Shown here: positions 7,673-14,639 of the stretch, piece after piece
How positions within the stretch are numbered: position 1 is the first letter of the stretch
Layout: each line of letters starts with the position of its first letter
Origin: Candidatus Nanoarchaeia archaeon
GTDB lineage: Archaea > Nanobdellota > Nanobdellia > Pacearchaeales > GW2011-AR1
Reading direction: 5' to 3'
Assembly (NCBI GenBank): GCA_049975665.1
Contig: JBNGDY010000006.1
Coordinates: forward strand, 1 to 14,902
Length of the DNA stretch: 14,902 nucleotides
Made by a program: the position numbers and the translations under genes
Notes under the pieces: generated by a model
The model's database searches: none
Seen by the model: the letters and a program-made list of their open reading frames with translations, nothing else
What the model was told of the DNA's origin: nothing

Positions 7673-8892
7673 TGCCTGTCTTACCCTACATCTATTTAGG
7701 TTATATGTTTATAGCAATCTATTTCCTTACATTCTTCTTAATATTATATACTAAGAATAGAAAGAATATATTCAAATCACCCAAACTCACTAAAAGATAC
7801 ACCCTCTCTGTGTTAATACCTGCTTATAATGAAGAAGAATCTATACAACCAACTATTGAAGCAGTTATGAATTCAGATTATGAATTAAAAGAAGTTATTG
7901 TTATTAATGATGGTTCAACAGACAAAACAGTTGACAAGGTTAAGGAAATGCAAAAGAAGTATAAAATACTGAAATTACTTAACAAAAGAAATACTGGAAA
8001 AGCAGATTCATTAAATAAGGGCATAGCACAGGCTAAAGGAGAACTAATAGCAATCACTGATTCAGATTCATTTCCACAAAAAGATGCCATCAGTAAATTA
8101 ATTGGTTTTTTTGATGATGAAAAAGTAGGAGCAGCAACACCATTGATCTTAGTTAGAAACAAGAATAAATTCTTTGAAAAATTACAAGCATTTGAATATG
8201 CAATCATAGCATTAACAAGGAAATTATTGAGTTATGTAGATGCTATATATGTAACACCAGGCCCACTCGCTATTTACAGGAGGAAAGCATTACAGGAAGT
8301 AGGAGGTTTTGATCCAAATAATATAACAGAGGATATTGAGTTAACATGGAGATTAGCAGCCGAAGGATGGAAGAGAGAAATGTCTTTACAAGCTAAGGTA
8401 ACAACGATTGTACCTAATAAACTGAAAAAATGGTTTAAACAGAGACAGAGATGGAGTATAGGGGGAACACAAACTATCTGGAAATATAAAAATTATTTTC
8501 TTAGAAAAGGGATAACTGGGTATTTTATCCTACCTTTCTTTGTTGTCTCTACTTTCTTAGGATTATTGGGTTTATGTATCTTCCTTTATCTTGCTATATC
8601 AAGAATTATTAATCAATACTTTTTTTTAAAATTTACATTTGTAGCAGAAACAGCTGTAGTTTCATTAGATAGCCTCTACTTCACACCATCAGTATTAAAT
8701 TATCTTGGTGTAGTGCTGTTTATAGCCAGTATGTTTTACACCTTTTTCCTTCTCTACTTAATAAAAGAAGATACATTTAGAAAAAAGAATTTCTTTACTA
8801 TCTTATTTTATTTAGTTGCCTATCTTGCCATCTATCCTGTAATTCTTGTAACCGCAATATTTAAATTGCTAAGAAAAGATATATCATGGTAA
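7672..8892 (+). CDS. Family 2 glycosyltransferase, membrane-integrated processive-synthase type (PgaC/IcaA/NodC/chitin-synthase-like)
   Basis: An N-terminal TM helix is followed by a GT2 core with VLIPAYNEE, INDGSTD, ITDSDS and TEDIELTWR. The processive-enzyme signature QRQRWSIGG (Q-x-x-R-W) is present, followed by about 4 C-terminal TM helices. GGAGG lies 10 nt upstream, and the ATG overlaps the scpB TAA. Confidence 0.85.
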   Translation: MPVLPYIYLGYMFIAIYFLTFFLILYTKNRKNIFKSPKLTKRYTLSVLIPAYNEEESIQPTIEAVMNSDYELKEVIVINDGSTDKTVDKVKEMQKKYKILKLLNKRNTGKADSLNKGIAQAKGELIAITDSDSFPQKDAISKLIGFFDDEKVGAATPLILVRNKNKFFEKLQAFEYAIIALTRKLLSYVDAIYVTPGPLAIYRRKALQEVGGFDPNNITEDIELTWRLAAEGWKREMSLQAKVTTIVPNKLKKWFKQRQRWSIGGTQTIWKYKNYFLRKGITGYFILPFFVVSTFLGLLGLCIFLYLAISRIINQYFFLKFTFVAETAVVSLDSLYFTPSVLNYLGVVLFIASMFYTFFLLYLIKEDTFRKKNFFTILFYLVAYLAIYPVILVTAIFKLLRKDISW

Positions 8893-9545
8893 TGAATAAT
8901 AAACATAGCTTTTGGGAAGCACTAATCATAACCATATTCATATTTGGTATTGGTATTTTAATAGGCTTGTTTATTGAGAATAGTCGCTCAGACGAGGTTT
9001 CAGAAATGTATCTCAAATCTCAGATAAATCTACTTGATGTCCAGCTACAATCACAATTAATAGAGAGGGGGGAGATAGATTGTGATTATGCTGTTGAAAG
9101 CAATATTAATTTTGGTGATAGAATATATCAGGAAGCTAAAAAATTAACAAGGTATGAATCTGCAAGTAGGATTACTGACAGCCTGATACAACAGCACAGG
9201 AGATATGACTTATTAAGAACACTTTTTTGGGTCAATAGTATTAATATAAAGGAGGAATGTAATCATCCTTTTCATACTATTGTCTATTTATATAGTTATG
9301 AACCAGATAATTCAGAGAAGAAACAAACACAGGCAGTATTCTCTAGATATTTGGAGCAGTTAAAGCAGGAAAAGGGAAATGAAATTGTGCTAATCCCAAT
9401 AGCAACTAATCTAGATATTACTTATATAAATCTGTTGATGAATAAGTATAATATTACAAGTGAGGAATTGCCTTTGGTGTTGGTAGATGAAAATGATAAG
9501 GTTCGTAGCATTGATAACCTAAAAGATATCCAACAGTTAATATAA
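8886..9545 (+). CDS. Membrane-anchored hypothetical protein, possibly a thioredoxin-like fold lacking CxxC
   Basis: One N-terminal TM helix (FWEALIITIFIFGIGILIGLFI) precedes a soluble domain. The C-terminal pattern IVYLYSYEP...VLIPIATNLD...LMNKYNIT..LPLVLVDENDKV resembles beta-alpha-beta-alpha-beta-beta of a Trx fold without redox cysteines (inference). The start is ambiguous: ATG 8886 (ORF track) or ATG 8892, which forms the TAATG junction used elsewhere in this operon. Confidence 0.6.
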   Translation: MVMNNKHSFWEALIITIFIFGIGILIGLFIENSRSDEVSEMYLKSQINLLDVQLQSQLIERGEIDCDYAVESNINFGDRIYQEAKKLTRYESASRITDSLIQQHRRYDLLRTLFWVNSINIKEECNHPFHTIVYLYSYEPDNSEKKQTQAVFSRYLEQLKQEKGNEIVLIPIATNLDITYINLLMNKYNITSEELPLVLVDENDKVRSIDNLKDIQQLI

Positions 9546-9570
9546 ACTATACATCTCATTACAATAATCC

Positions 9571-9578
9571 TTAAAAAT
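9571..9578 (+). promoter_or_regulatory. TATA box candidate for the aMBF1-like gene
   Basis: TTAAAAAT lies 20 nt upstream of ATG 9599. Confidence 0.45.
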
Positions 9579-9598
9579 CATATTCACTCATCATAGAT

Positions 9599-10357
9599 AT
9601 GAGATGTGAAATCTGTGGCAAGAGTGATGATGAAGCTAATTTAAAAGAAGGCATCTCCCAGAATAGGATTATTACTGTTTGTGATAAGTGCGCTGAATTA
9701 GAAAACATCCCATTAATAGAAAAACCATCTTCTTATCAATTAGAACAAGCTGACCGGCAGGCAACAGTAAGGGAGAGAATGGAAAAGCTGTCTGGCATGG
9801 ATACACCAGTTAGCAAAGACCAAGAAGTAGCTAGTAAACATCTAGCTAAATTAAGAATTCCACCTAAAAAGCAGAACCATCCAGACTTGTTAGAAAATTA
9901 TGACTGGAAATTGAAAATGGCAAGAAGAAAGCAGAAACTTTCCTGCAAACAATTAGCAGAACAAACAGGCATATCACAAGAAACCATCCAACAAATTGAA
10001 AGAGGCATATTGCCAGATAATTTCCATGATATTATGAAGACATTAGAAGGCAAGCTTAACATCCAACTGCTCTCCCAACATGCTCAGAAGATTAGTTTTA
10101 AAAAGCATGAAGATGAGGAAAAGAAAATCCTGCAACAAGTTGAAGAGAAAATGAATCAGCAAGAGCAAGCACAACAAACTGAACACAATCAACAGGACAA
10201 ATCAGGAAAAACTGAGAAAATAGAAAGAATGCAGAAAGGTGAATTAGATTTTTCAAAAGATAATTTAAATGACATCACATTAAAAGATCTGCAAGATGCT
10301 CATTATAAAAAGCAAAAGGAAAACATGTTTGGTGATGATGTTGAGATAGATGAATAA
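9599..10357 (+). CDS. aMBF1-like protein: N-terminal zinc ribbon plus XRE-type HTH, with long Q/E/K-rich C-terminal extension
   Basis: MRCEICGK...VCDKCAE gives a CxxC...CxxC ribbon. The HTH is KLSCKQLAEQTGISQETIQQIERG. This domain order is the archaeal MBF1 architecture. It is followed by a low-complexity tail of about 90 aa. TTAAAAAT lies 20 nt upstream of the ATG. Confidence 0.7.
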   Translation: MRCEICGKSDDEANLKEGISQNRIITVCDKCAELENIPLIEKPSSYQLEQADRQATVRERMEKLSGMDTPVSKDQEVASKHLAKLRIPPKKQNHPDLLENYDWKLKMARRKQKLSCKQLAEQTGISQETIQQIERGILPDNFHDIMKTLEGKLNIQLLSQHAQKISFKKHEDEEKKILQQVEEKMNQQEQAQQTEHNQQDKSGKTEKIERMQKGELDFSKDNLNDITLKDLQDAHYKKQKENMFGDDVEIDE

Positions 10358-10551
10358 TGGATTATGTAGATTTTATATATGCTATAGTAGCAGGTATTCT
10401 TTCAGGGTTTATTATATTGCTTTATTCTGAAGTTTTAAGGTATACTAAAAAAAGTAATTTAAATTTCATTATTAAAATTCTCTTACCTTCAATATTAACA
10501 ATAATCTCCCTATTAATTACCCTGTTAATCAGCTCTATCTTATTAACCTAA
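10357..10551 (+). CDS. Small two-TM membrane protein (64 aa), hypothetical
   Basis: Two hydrophobic helices (IYAIVAGILSGFIILLY and ILLPSILTIISLLITLLISSILL) are separated by a basic loop. The ATG overlaps the upstream TAA (TAATG, 10355-10359), suggesting translational coupling. The ORF is short and AT-rich, so a chance ORF cannot be excluded. Confidence 0.45.
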   Translation: MDYVDFIYAIVAGILSGFIILLYSEVLRYTKKSNLNFIIKILLPSILTIISLLITLLISSILLT

Positions 10552-11157
10552 ATATCTAACCTGTCCAGGTCTTGGCTCATATAACAATCCCTCTTCTAAC
10601 ATCTTCTTAATCTCTTGATTAATGAGATCAGGACTTGCATCTAATTCCATTACTAATGTTTCTGTATCTATGCCCCCTGTTTCCTCAGCTGTCTTAATCT
10701 TCTCTAATATACTATCTCTTAATGGCACATTGCCTTCATTAACAGGCATCTCCTTTTTCTTTTCTTGTATCTCTAATTTCCTAACAAGTAGCCATTGTGG
10801 ATCTACTTTTTTAACAATCTCTGGCAATATATAGAGTTCATTATTATACTCCCTAATATTCCCTATGATTTGTAATGTATCTCCTTGTGAAAAACTTTCT
10901 AACCATGGTACATCATCTCCAAATACCCTTAATTGTATTTGTCCAGAAGCATCATCTACTGTCAAGGTTGCATATTTCTTATTATCAGATACAAATTTAT
11001 CAACACAATTAGCAAGGATATTTACCCTAGATAGCTTTTTATCACCTAATTCAGCAAATAATAACTTACCTTCTTCCATAATTGGCTTGCTTTTCAAAAC
11101 ATCACCTATCCTAATCTTATAAGCAATATTCCTCTCTTTTCTTTGTTGTTCTGGCAT
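10543..11157 (-). CDS. OB-fold ssDNA-binding protein with C-terminal winged helix (RPA2/RPA32-like)
   Basis: The central OB-fold-like segment is RVNILANCVDKFVSDNKKYATLTVDDASGQIQLRVFGDD...GDTLQIIGNIREYNNELYI. The C-terminal wH-like segment is ILEKIKTAEETGGIDTETLVMELDASPDLINQEIKKMLEEGLLYEP. It lies about 0.6 kb from mcm. TTTATAAA lies 21 nt upstream of the ATG. Confidence 0.55.
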   Translation of the reverse strand: MPEQQRKERNIAYKIRIGDVLKSKPIMEEGKLLFAELGDKKLSRVNILANCVDKFVSDNKKYATLTVDDASGQIQLRVFGDDVPWLESFSQGDTLQIIGNIREYNNELYILPEIVKKVDPQWLLVRKLEIQEKKKEMPVNEGNVPLRDSILEKIKTAEETGGIDTETLVMELDASPDLINQEIKKMLEEGLLYEPRPGQVRYLG

Positions 11158-11178
11158 GTGTTAGCATATAAAAGTAGT

Positions 11179-11186
11179 TTTATAAA
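11179..11186 (-). promoter_or_regulatory. TATA box candidate for the RPA2-like gene
   Basis: Palindromic TTTATAAA lies 21 nt from the ATG at 11157. Confidence 0.55.
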
Positions 11187-11220
11187 CATTATTGGGGTTG
11201 AGTATATTGTTAAACCAGAA

Positions 11221-11228
11221 TATTTAAT
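11221..11228 (+). promoter_or_regulatory. TATA box candidate for ORF 11252-11731
   Basis: TATTTAAT lies 23 nt upstream of ATG 11252. Confidence 0.4.
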
Positions 11229-11251
11229 AACCCCTATTATTTTATTTTAAT

Positions 11252-11731
11252 ATGCACATTTTTGGAAACAAGAAACAGGAAGCAAAACCAAAAGAGAGAC
11301 ATATTTCAGATATATTAGTAAATGATTCAGATGCAGAGAGGAAATGGGGGTTATTAGATTACACTCAATCACCTGAAGAATTTTTAACAGATGTACATAA
11401 CTTTCCTTTTGAAAGAAGAGGTCTTCTTATAGTAGGTCCAATAGTTAAATTAGCTGGCTTAGTTAAGGGATTTCGTAAGGATCCAACCATGTCTGATAAT
11501 AATGCTCTATGTTATGATGGGTTTCTACTCGTAGGAGATAAACCTTTCTATTTTGAAGGTAAAAGATTGAGAGAAAACATTCCTGATTTTGAATTAGAAG
11601 AAGCAATATTTAGAGCAGGTAGAGAAACACCCATCACAATGACAGCAGGAGTATATAATGAAAACGATTATTATAAATTGCGCACCTTTGTAGTTCAATT
11701 AGGTGAATATAGTTCACCACCAAGAAGATGA
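11252..11731 (+). CDS. Hypothetical protein (159 aa)
   Basis: Clean ORF with normal composition. A TATA-like TATTTAAT lies 23 nt upstream. Its stop codon abuts the mcm stop codon on the other strand. No family motif recognised. Confidence 0.55.
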   Translation: MHIFGNKKQEAKPKERHISDILVNDSDAERKWGLLDYTQSPEEFLTDVHNFPFERRGLLIVGPIVKLAGLVKGFRKDPTMSDNNALCYDGFLLVGDKPFYFEGKRLRENIPDFELEEAIFRAGRETPITMTAGVYNENDYYKLRTFVVQLGEYSSPPRR

Positions 11732-13762
11732 TTACATTCTCTGGATATAACCCTTTTTAGGCCTGAATAAGTCTCCAGCTCGTATCAACTTATCAATAGC
11801 TTCATCCATCTCAGTCTGCTTCATCTTATCTTGCAAAGCTTTTTCAACCTCTTCTATAGGTATAAGCTTGCCTAATCTATTTTCTAATGATTCAATAGTC
11901 TCTCTAACAATCTGTATCTTACCTCGTTTAGAAGCAGGATTACCAGATAATTTATCAATATCTATTGTCTTAGTCTCATCATCATAACCTACTTGCATCA
12001 AATAGTATCGCACTAAATCAATAGCAGCTAGTGCATCTTTCTTCTCTACCTGCTTACTCAATCTCGCTCTAGCATGTGCTTCTGATATCCTGATTAATGC
12101 TTCTAATTGCCTGGCTGATATAGGTATGGGCTTAACAGGGCTGTCTGAAAAAGCAGGCTGATTTCTCAACTCAACATAGAATTTTTTCATCTCATTAACA
12201 GCTTCTTCTGTTAATAATGGCTGGATTTTCTGTTTTGCATAGGATATATATTTTCTTAACACTTCTCTTTCAATAATCTCATGCTCACTTACCTTTCTAT
12301 GTTCATCTAATACATGAGAAGCAATAGACTCATCTCTTTCCCTATTAGGCACATCCTTTAATATGAAAATAGCATCAAACCTATTTAATAATGATGGAGC
12401 AAGATTAACCTGTTTAGCAATCATTTCAGATGCATCAAATCTGCCAAATTTTGGATTAGCAGCTGCTAATACAGCTGTCTGACTTCTTAATGTAGCCTGT
12501 ACATTTGCCTTACTAATAGTAACTGTCTGCTGTTCTAAAGATTCATGCATTGTAGACCTATCATTCTCATCCATCTTTTCTAACTCATCTATACATACCA
12601 GTCCTTTATTAGATAAAACCATAGCACCTGCTTCTAAACTCCATCCTTTTAAAAATTCATCTCTTACTACACTAGCTGTCAATCCAGCACCAGATGAACT
12701 CTTACCACTTACATATCTGCCCTTAGGAGCAATACCTGAGATATATTTTAACATAACAGATTTAGCAACACCAGGGTCTCCTACAAGCAAGACATGTATA
12801 TCTCCTCTTGTTTGTGTGCCATCACTCCTCTCTTTCTTAACACCCCCAAATAATTGCATTGCCAATGCCATCTTAACCTCTTCATGCCCCCAGATAGATG
12901 GAGCAATACTTTTAACAATCCTCTTGATTATATTAGGATCAGCAGCTAGCTCTTTAATCTCTCTTTCATCTTCATCATTAATCTTTATATCTTCAAATGT
13001 CTCTTCTAGAGGAATGACATTATTAGCTTCTACAGCTAAATCAAACCTAGTTAACATATTGCCTGCTGATGAAGTTAAAGAAACCTCTTTTAATACACCA
13101 ATAATCTTAACCCTGCTTCCAGGCGTAGTTCTCTCTTCCATTTTTGGTTCTACTAAATCCTCTTTTAAAAATACAGTCATCCTCTTTGGTTGCTCTCCAC
13201 CTGTTAATGAATCTGGTGATTCCTCTATAACTAATCTTTGAGCATCAACCATATCCTTATCTACTTGTTTAAAACCACCCCGCCTACCACATGAACATCT
13301 AGATGGCTCTTTGAATTTCTTATCTATTTGTAAGACTGAGATAATAGTGCCACAAGAAGGACATTCAAATTTTGCATTCACAACCTGAGGACGCACTTCA
13401 CTAGCCTGCCTTACTATGCCCTCAATCTCTATTAATGTACCCAGATGTTTAGCTCTAATATCCCTAACCTTTACTTTTTGTGTTGAAGCTATACTTTTTA
13501 ATCTCACTCTTGATTTTTTAGGAGCCCATTCTAATTCTTCTAATGCTAATTCTAGTATTTGTAATGTCTCTTCTGGTCTTTCTATAAAGATCTCTGCAAG
13601 ATTAGGTGATTCCTCTGCTAGTTCATGAAAATCAATTCTAACTACTTTTTCACCTGATTTAGCACTCTCACCAACCTCTTTCTTATGTGATTCAAAAAAA
13701 TCCTTAGCTTCTATTAATAATTCATCTTGTTTTAAGGTTTCAGCCTGACGCTCTTTTGCCAT
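11732..13762 (-). CDS. mcm: Minichromosome maintenance (MCM) replicative helicase
   Basis: The N-terminal domain carries the zinc motif CPSCG...CSCG. The AAA+ core has Walker A GDPGVAKS, Walker B CIDELEKM, a sensor/arginine-finger region SLLNRFD, and SARQLEALIRISEAHAR. A C-terminal wH-like tail is present. Length is 676 aa. Confidence 0.95.
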   Translation of the reverse strand: MAKERQAETLKQDELLIEAKDFFESHKKEVGESAKSGEKVVRIDFHELAEESPNLAEIFIERPEETLQILELALEELEWAPKKSRVRLKSIASTQKVKVRDIRAKHLGTLIEIEGIVRQASEVRPQVVNAKFECPSCGTIISVLQIDKKFKEPSRCSCGRRGGFKQVDKDMVDAQRLVIEESPDSLTGGEQPKRMTVFLKEDLVEPKMEERTTPGSRVKIIGVLKEVSLTSSAGNMLTRFDLAVEANNVIPLEETFEDIKINDEDEREIKELAADPNIIKRIVKSIAPSIWGHEEVKMALAMQLFGGVKKERSDGTQTRGDIHVLLVGDPGVAKSVMLKYISGIAPKGRYVSGKSSSGAGLTASVVRDEFLKGWSLEAGAMVLSNKGLVCIDELEKMDENDRSTMHESLEQQTVTISKANVQATLRSQTAVLAAANPKFGRFDASEMIAKQVNLAPSLLNRFDAIFILKDVPNRERDESIASHVLDEHRKVSEHEIIEREVLRKYISYAKQKIQPLLTEEAVNEMKKFYVELRNQPAFSDSPVKPIPISARQLEALIRISEAHARARLSKQVEKKDALAAIDLVRYYLMQVGYDDETKTIDIDKLSGNPASKRGKIQIVRETIESLENRLGKLIPIEEVEKALQDKMKQTEMDEAIDKLIRAGDLFRPKKGYIQRM

Positions 13763-13785
13763 ATAAAAATCAAGAATATGTGCTT

Positions 13786-13793
13786 TTTATAAA
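13786..13793 (-). promoter_or_regulatory. TATA box candidate for mcm
   Basis: Palindromic TTTATAAA lies 23 nt from the ATG at 13762, within the 47-bp gap after the cbf5 stop. Confidence 0.55.
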
Positions 13794-13809
13794 TTGTTGT
13801 GATTTCTTG

Positions 13810-14610
13810 CTAATTATAAACAAATTCTGGCCTTGCTATAATGTCCTTTTCATTCACTCTTTTAGCTATCTCTATTAGCTTGTTTCCAGAAAATAATGCA
13901 AATTTGTCTGGCACCTTTCCACTTATGTCTTTTTTTTCAATAGGCTTGCCTGTTAATAATTGCTTTAATCTCTTTTTGCCAGCTTTAAATTGTTTTTCTG
14001 GCAAGATTTTTTTAATAGCTTCTTCACCTGATATTAATTCATCTTGTAACTGCTTATCTTTAACCAGATTGTCTAATTCATATAATGTGATAGATTGCTC
14101 TATATTAAAAATCCCTGCTTTTATTCTTCTTAATTCAAGCATATGTGCTCCTCCTATTTTTTCACCTAAATCAGAACATAATTTTCTAATATATGTGCCT
14201 CCTTGTACATCTGCTATAAATAAGATATCTCTATTTTGTTTTTCTAATAATTGCCATTTTCTTACCTCTCTTTCCCTTTCCTGCCTCTTTACCCTTGATT
14301 TAACAGGTGGTTTTTGTATAATCTTACCTGTAAATTTCTTATTAATTATTGTTTGTATCTCCTTTATACTTATATCTTTATGTATATGTAAGATACCTAT
14401 ATATTGCTTATAATGTCCTATAAAATAACCAGTTAATTTAACAGCCCTGCCTAATGCAATAGGCAGAACACCTGTAACAGCAGGGTCTAGAGTCCCAAAA
14501 TGAGATGCCTTTTTAACACCTACTAGCTTGGCAACATGCTCAACTACATCAAAACTAGTCATCCCAGCTGGCTTATCTATGTTTATAATCGAAAAATTCT
14601 TATCTGCCAT
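13810..14610 (-). CDS. cbf5: tRNA/rRNA pseudouridine-55 synthase, Cbf5/TruB family (short form with C-terminal PUA-like domain)
   Basis: The catalytic motif HFGTLDPAVTGVLPIALGRA (Asp in GTLDP) and GTYIRKL are present. The C-terminal segment of about 70 aa looks PUA-like. The VTGVLP form resembles archaeal Cbf5 rather than bacterial TruB. A TATA box lies 21 nt upstream of the ATG. Confidence 0.88.
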   Translation of the reverse strand: MADKNFSIINIDKPAGMTSFDVVEHVAKLVGVKKASHFGTLDPAVTGVLPIALGRAVKLTGYFIGHYKQYIGILHIHKDISIKEIQTIINKKFTGKIIQKPPVKSRVKRQEREREVRKWQLLEKQNRDILFIADVQGGTYIRKLCSDLGEKIGGAHMLELRRIKAGIFNIEQSITLYELDNLVKDKQLQDELISGEEAIKKILPEKQFKAGKKRLKQLLTGKPIEKKDISGKVPDKFALFSGNKLIEIAKRVNEKDIIARPEFVYN

Positions 14611-14631
14611 GTTTATAGATAGAGCATGGGT

Positions 14632-14639
14632 TTTTATAC
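14632..14639 (-). promoter_or_regulatory. TATA box candidate for cbf5
   Basis: Reverse strand reads GTATAAAA, 21 nt from the ATG at 14610. Confidence 0.5.

Noticed and set aside
9067-9072. G6 run inside ORF 8886-9545, similar to the intergenic G/C runs.
   Set aside because: It lies in coding sequence, encoding ERGE, with no flanking A/T motif resembling ATWATWGGGGTT. It is treated as coincidental.
1262-14413. Track ORFs lying antisense to or overlapping within strong genes: 1262-1468(-), 2101-2289(+), 3479-3799(-), 3935-4225(-), 4245-4460(-), 4821-5087(-), 6085-6465(-), 6884-7075(-), 7878-8207(-), 10622-10834(+), 10865-11122(+), 12816-13241(+), 13416-13628(+), 13841-14413(+).
   Set aside because: Each lies entirely or almost entirely inside a CDS with clear family motifs on the opposite strand. 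Their translations are L/I/S/F/C-rich and low-complexity, typical of shadow frames in AT-rich DNA. None has a properly spaced TATA box.
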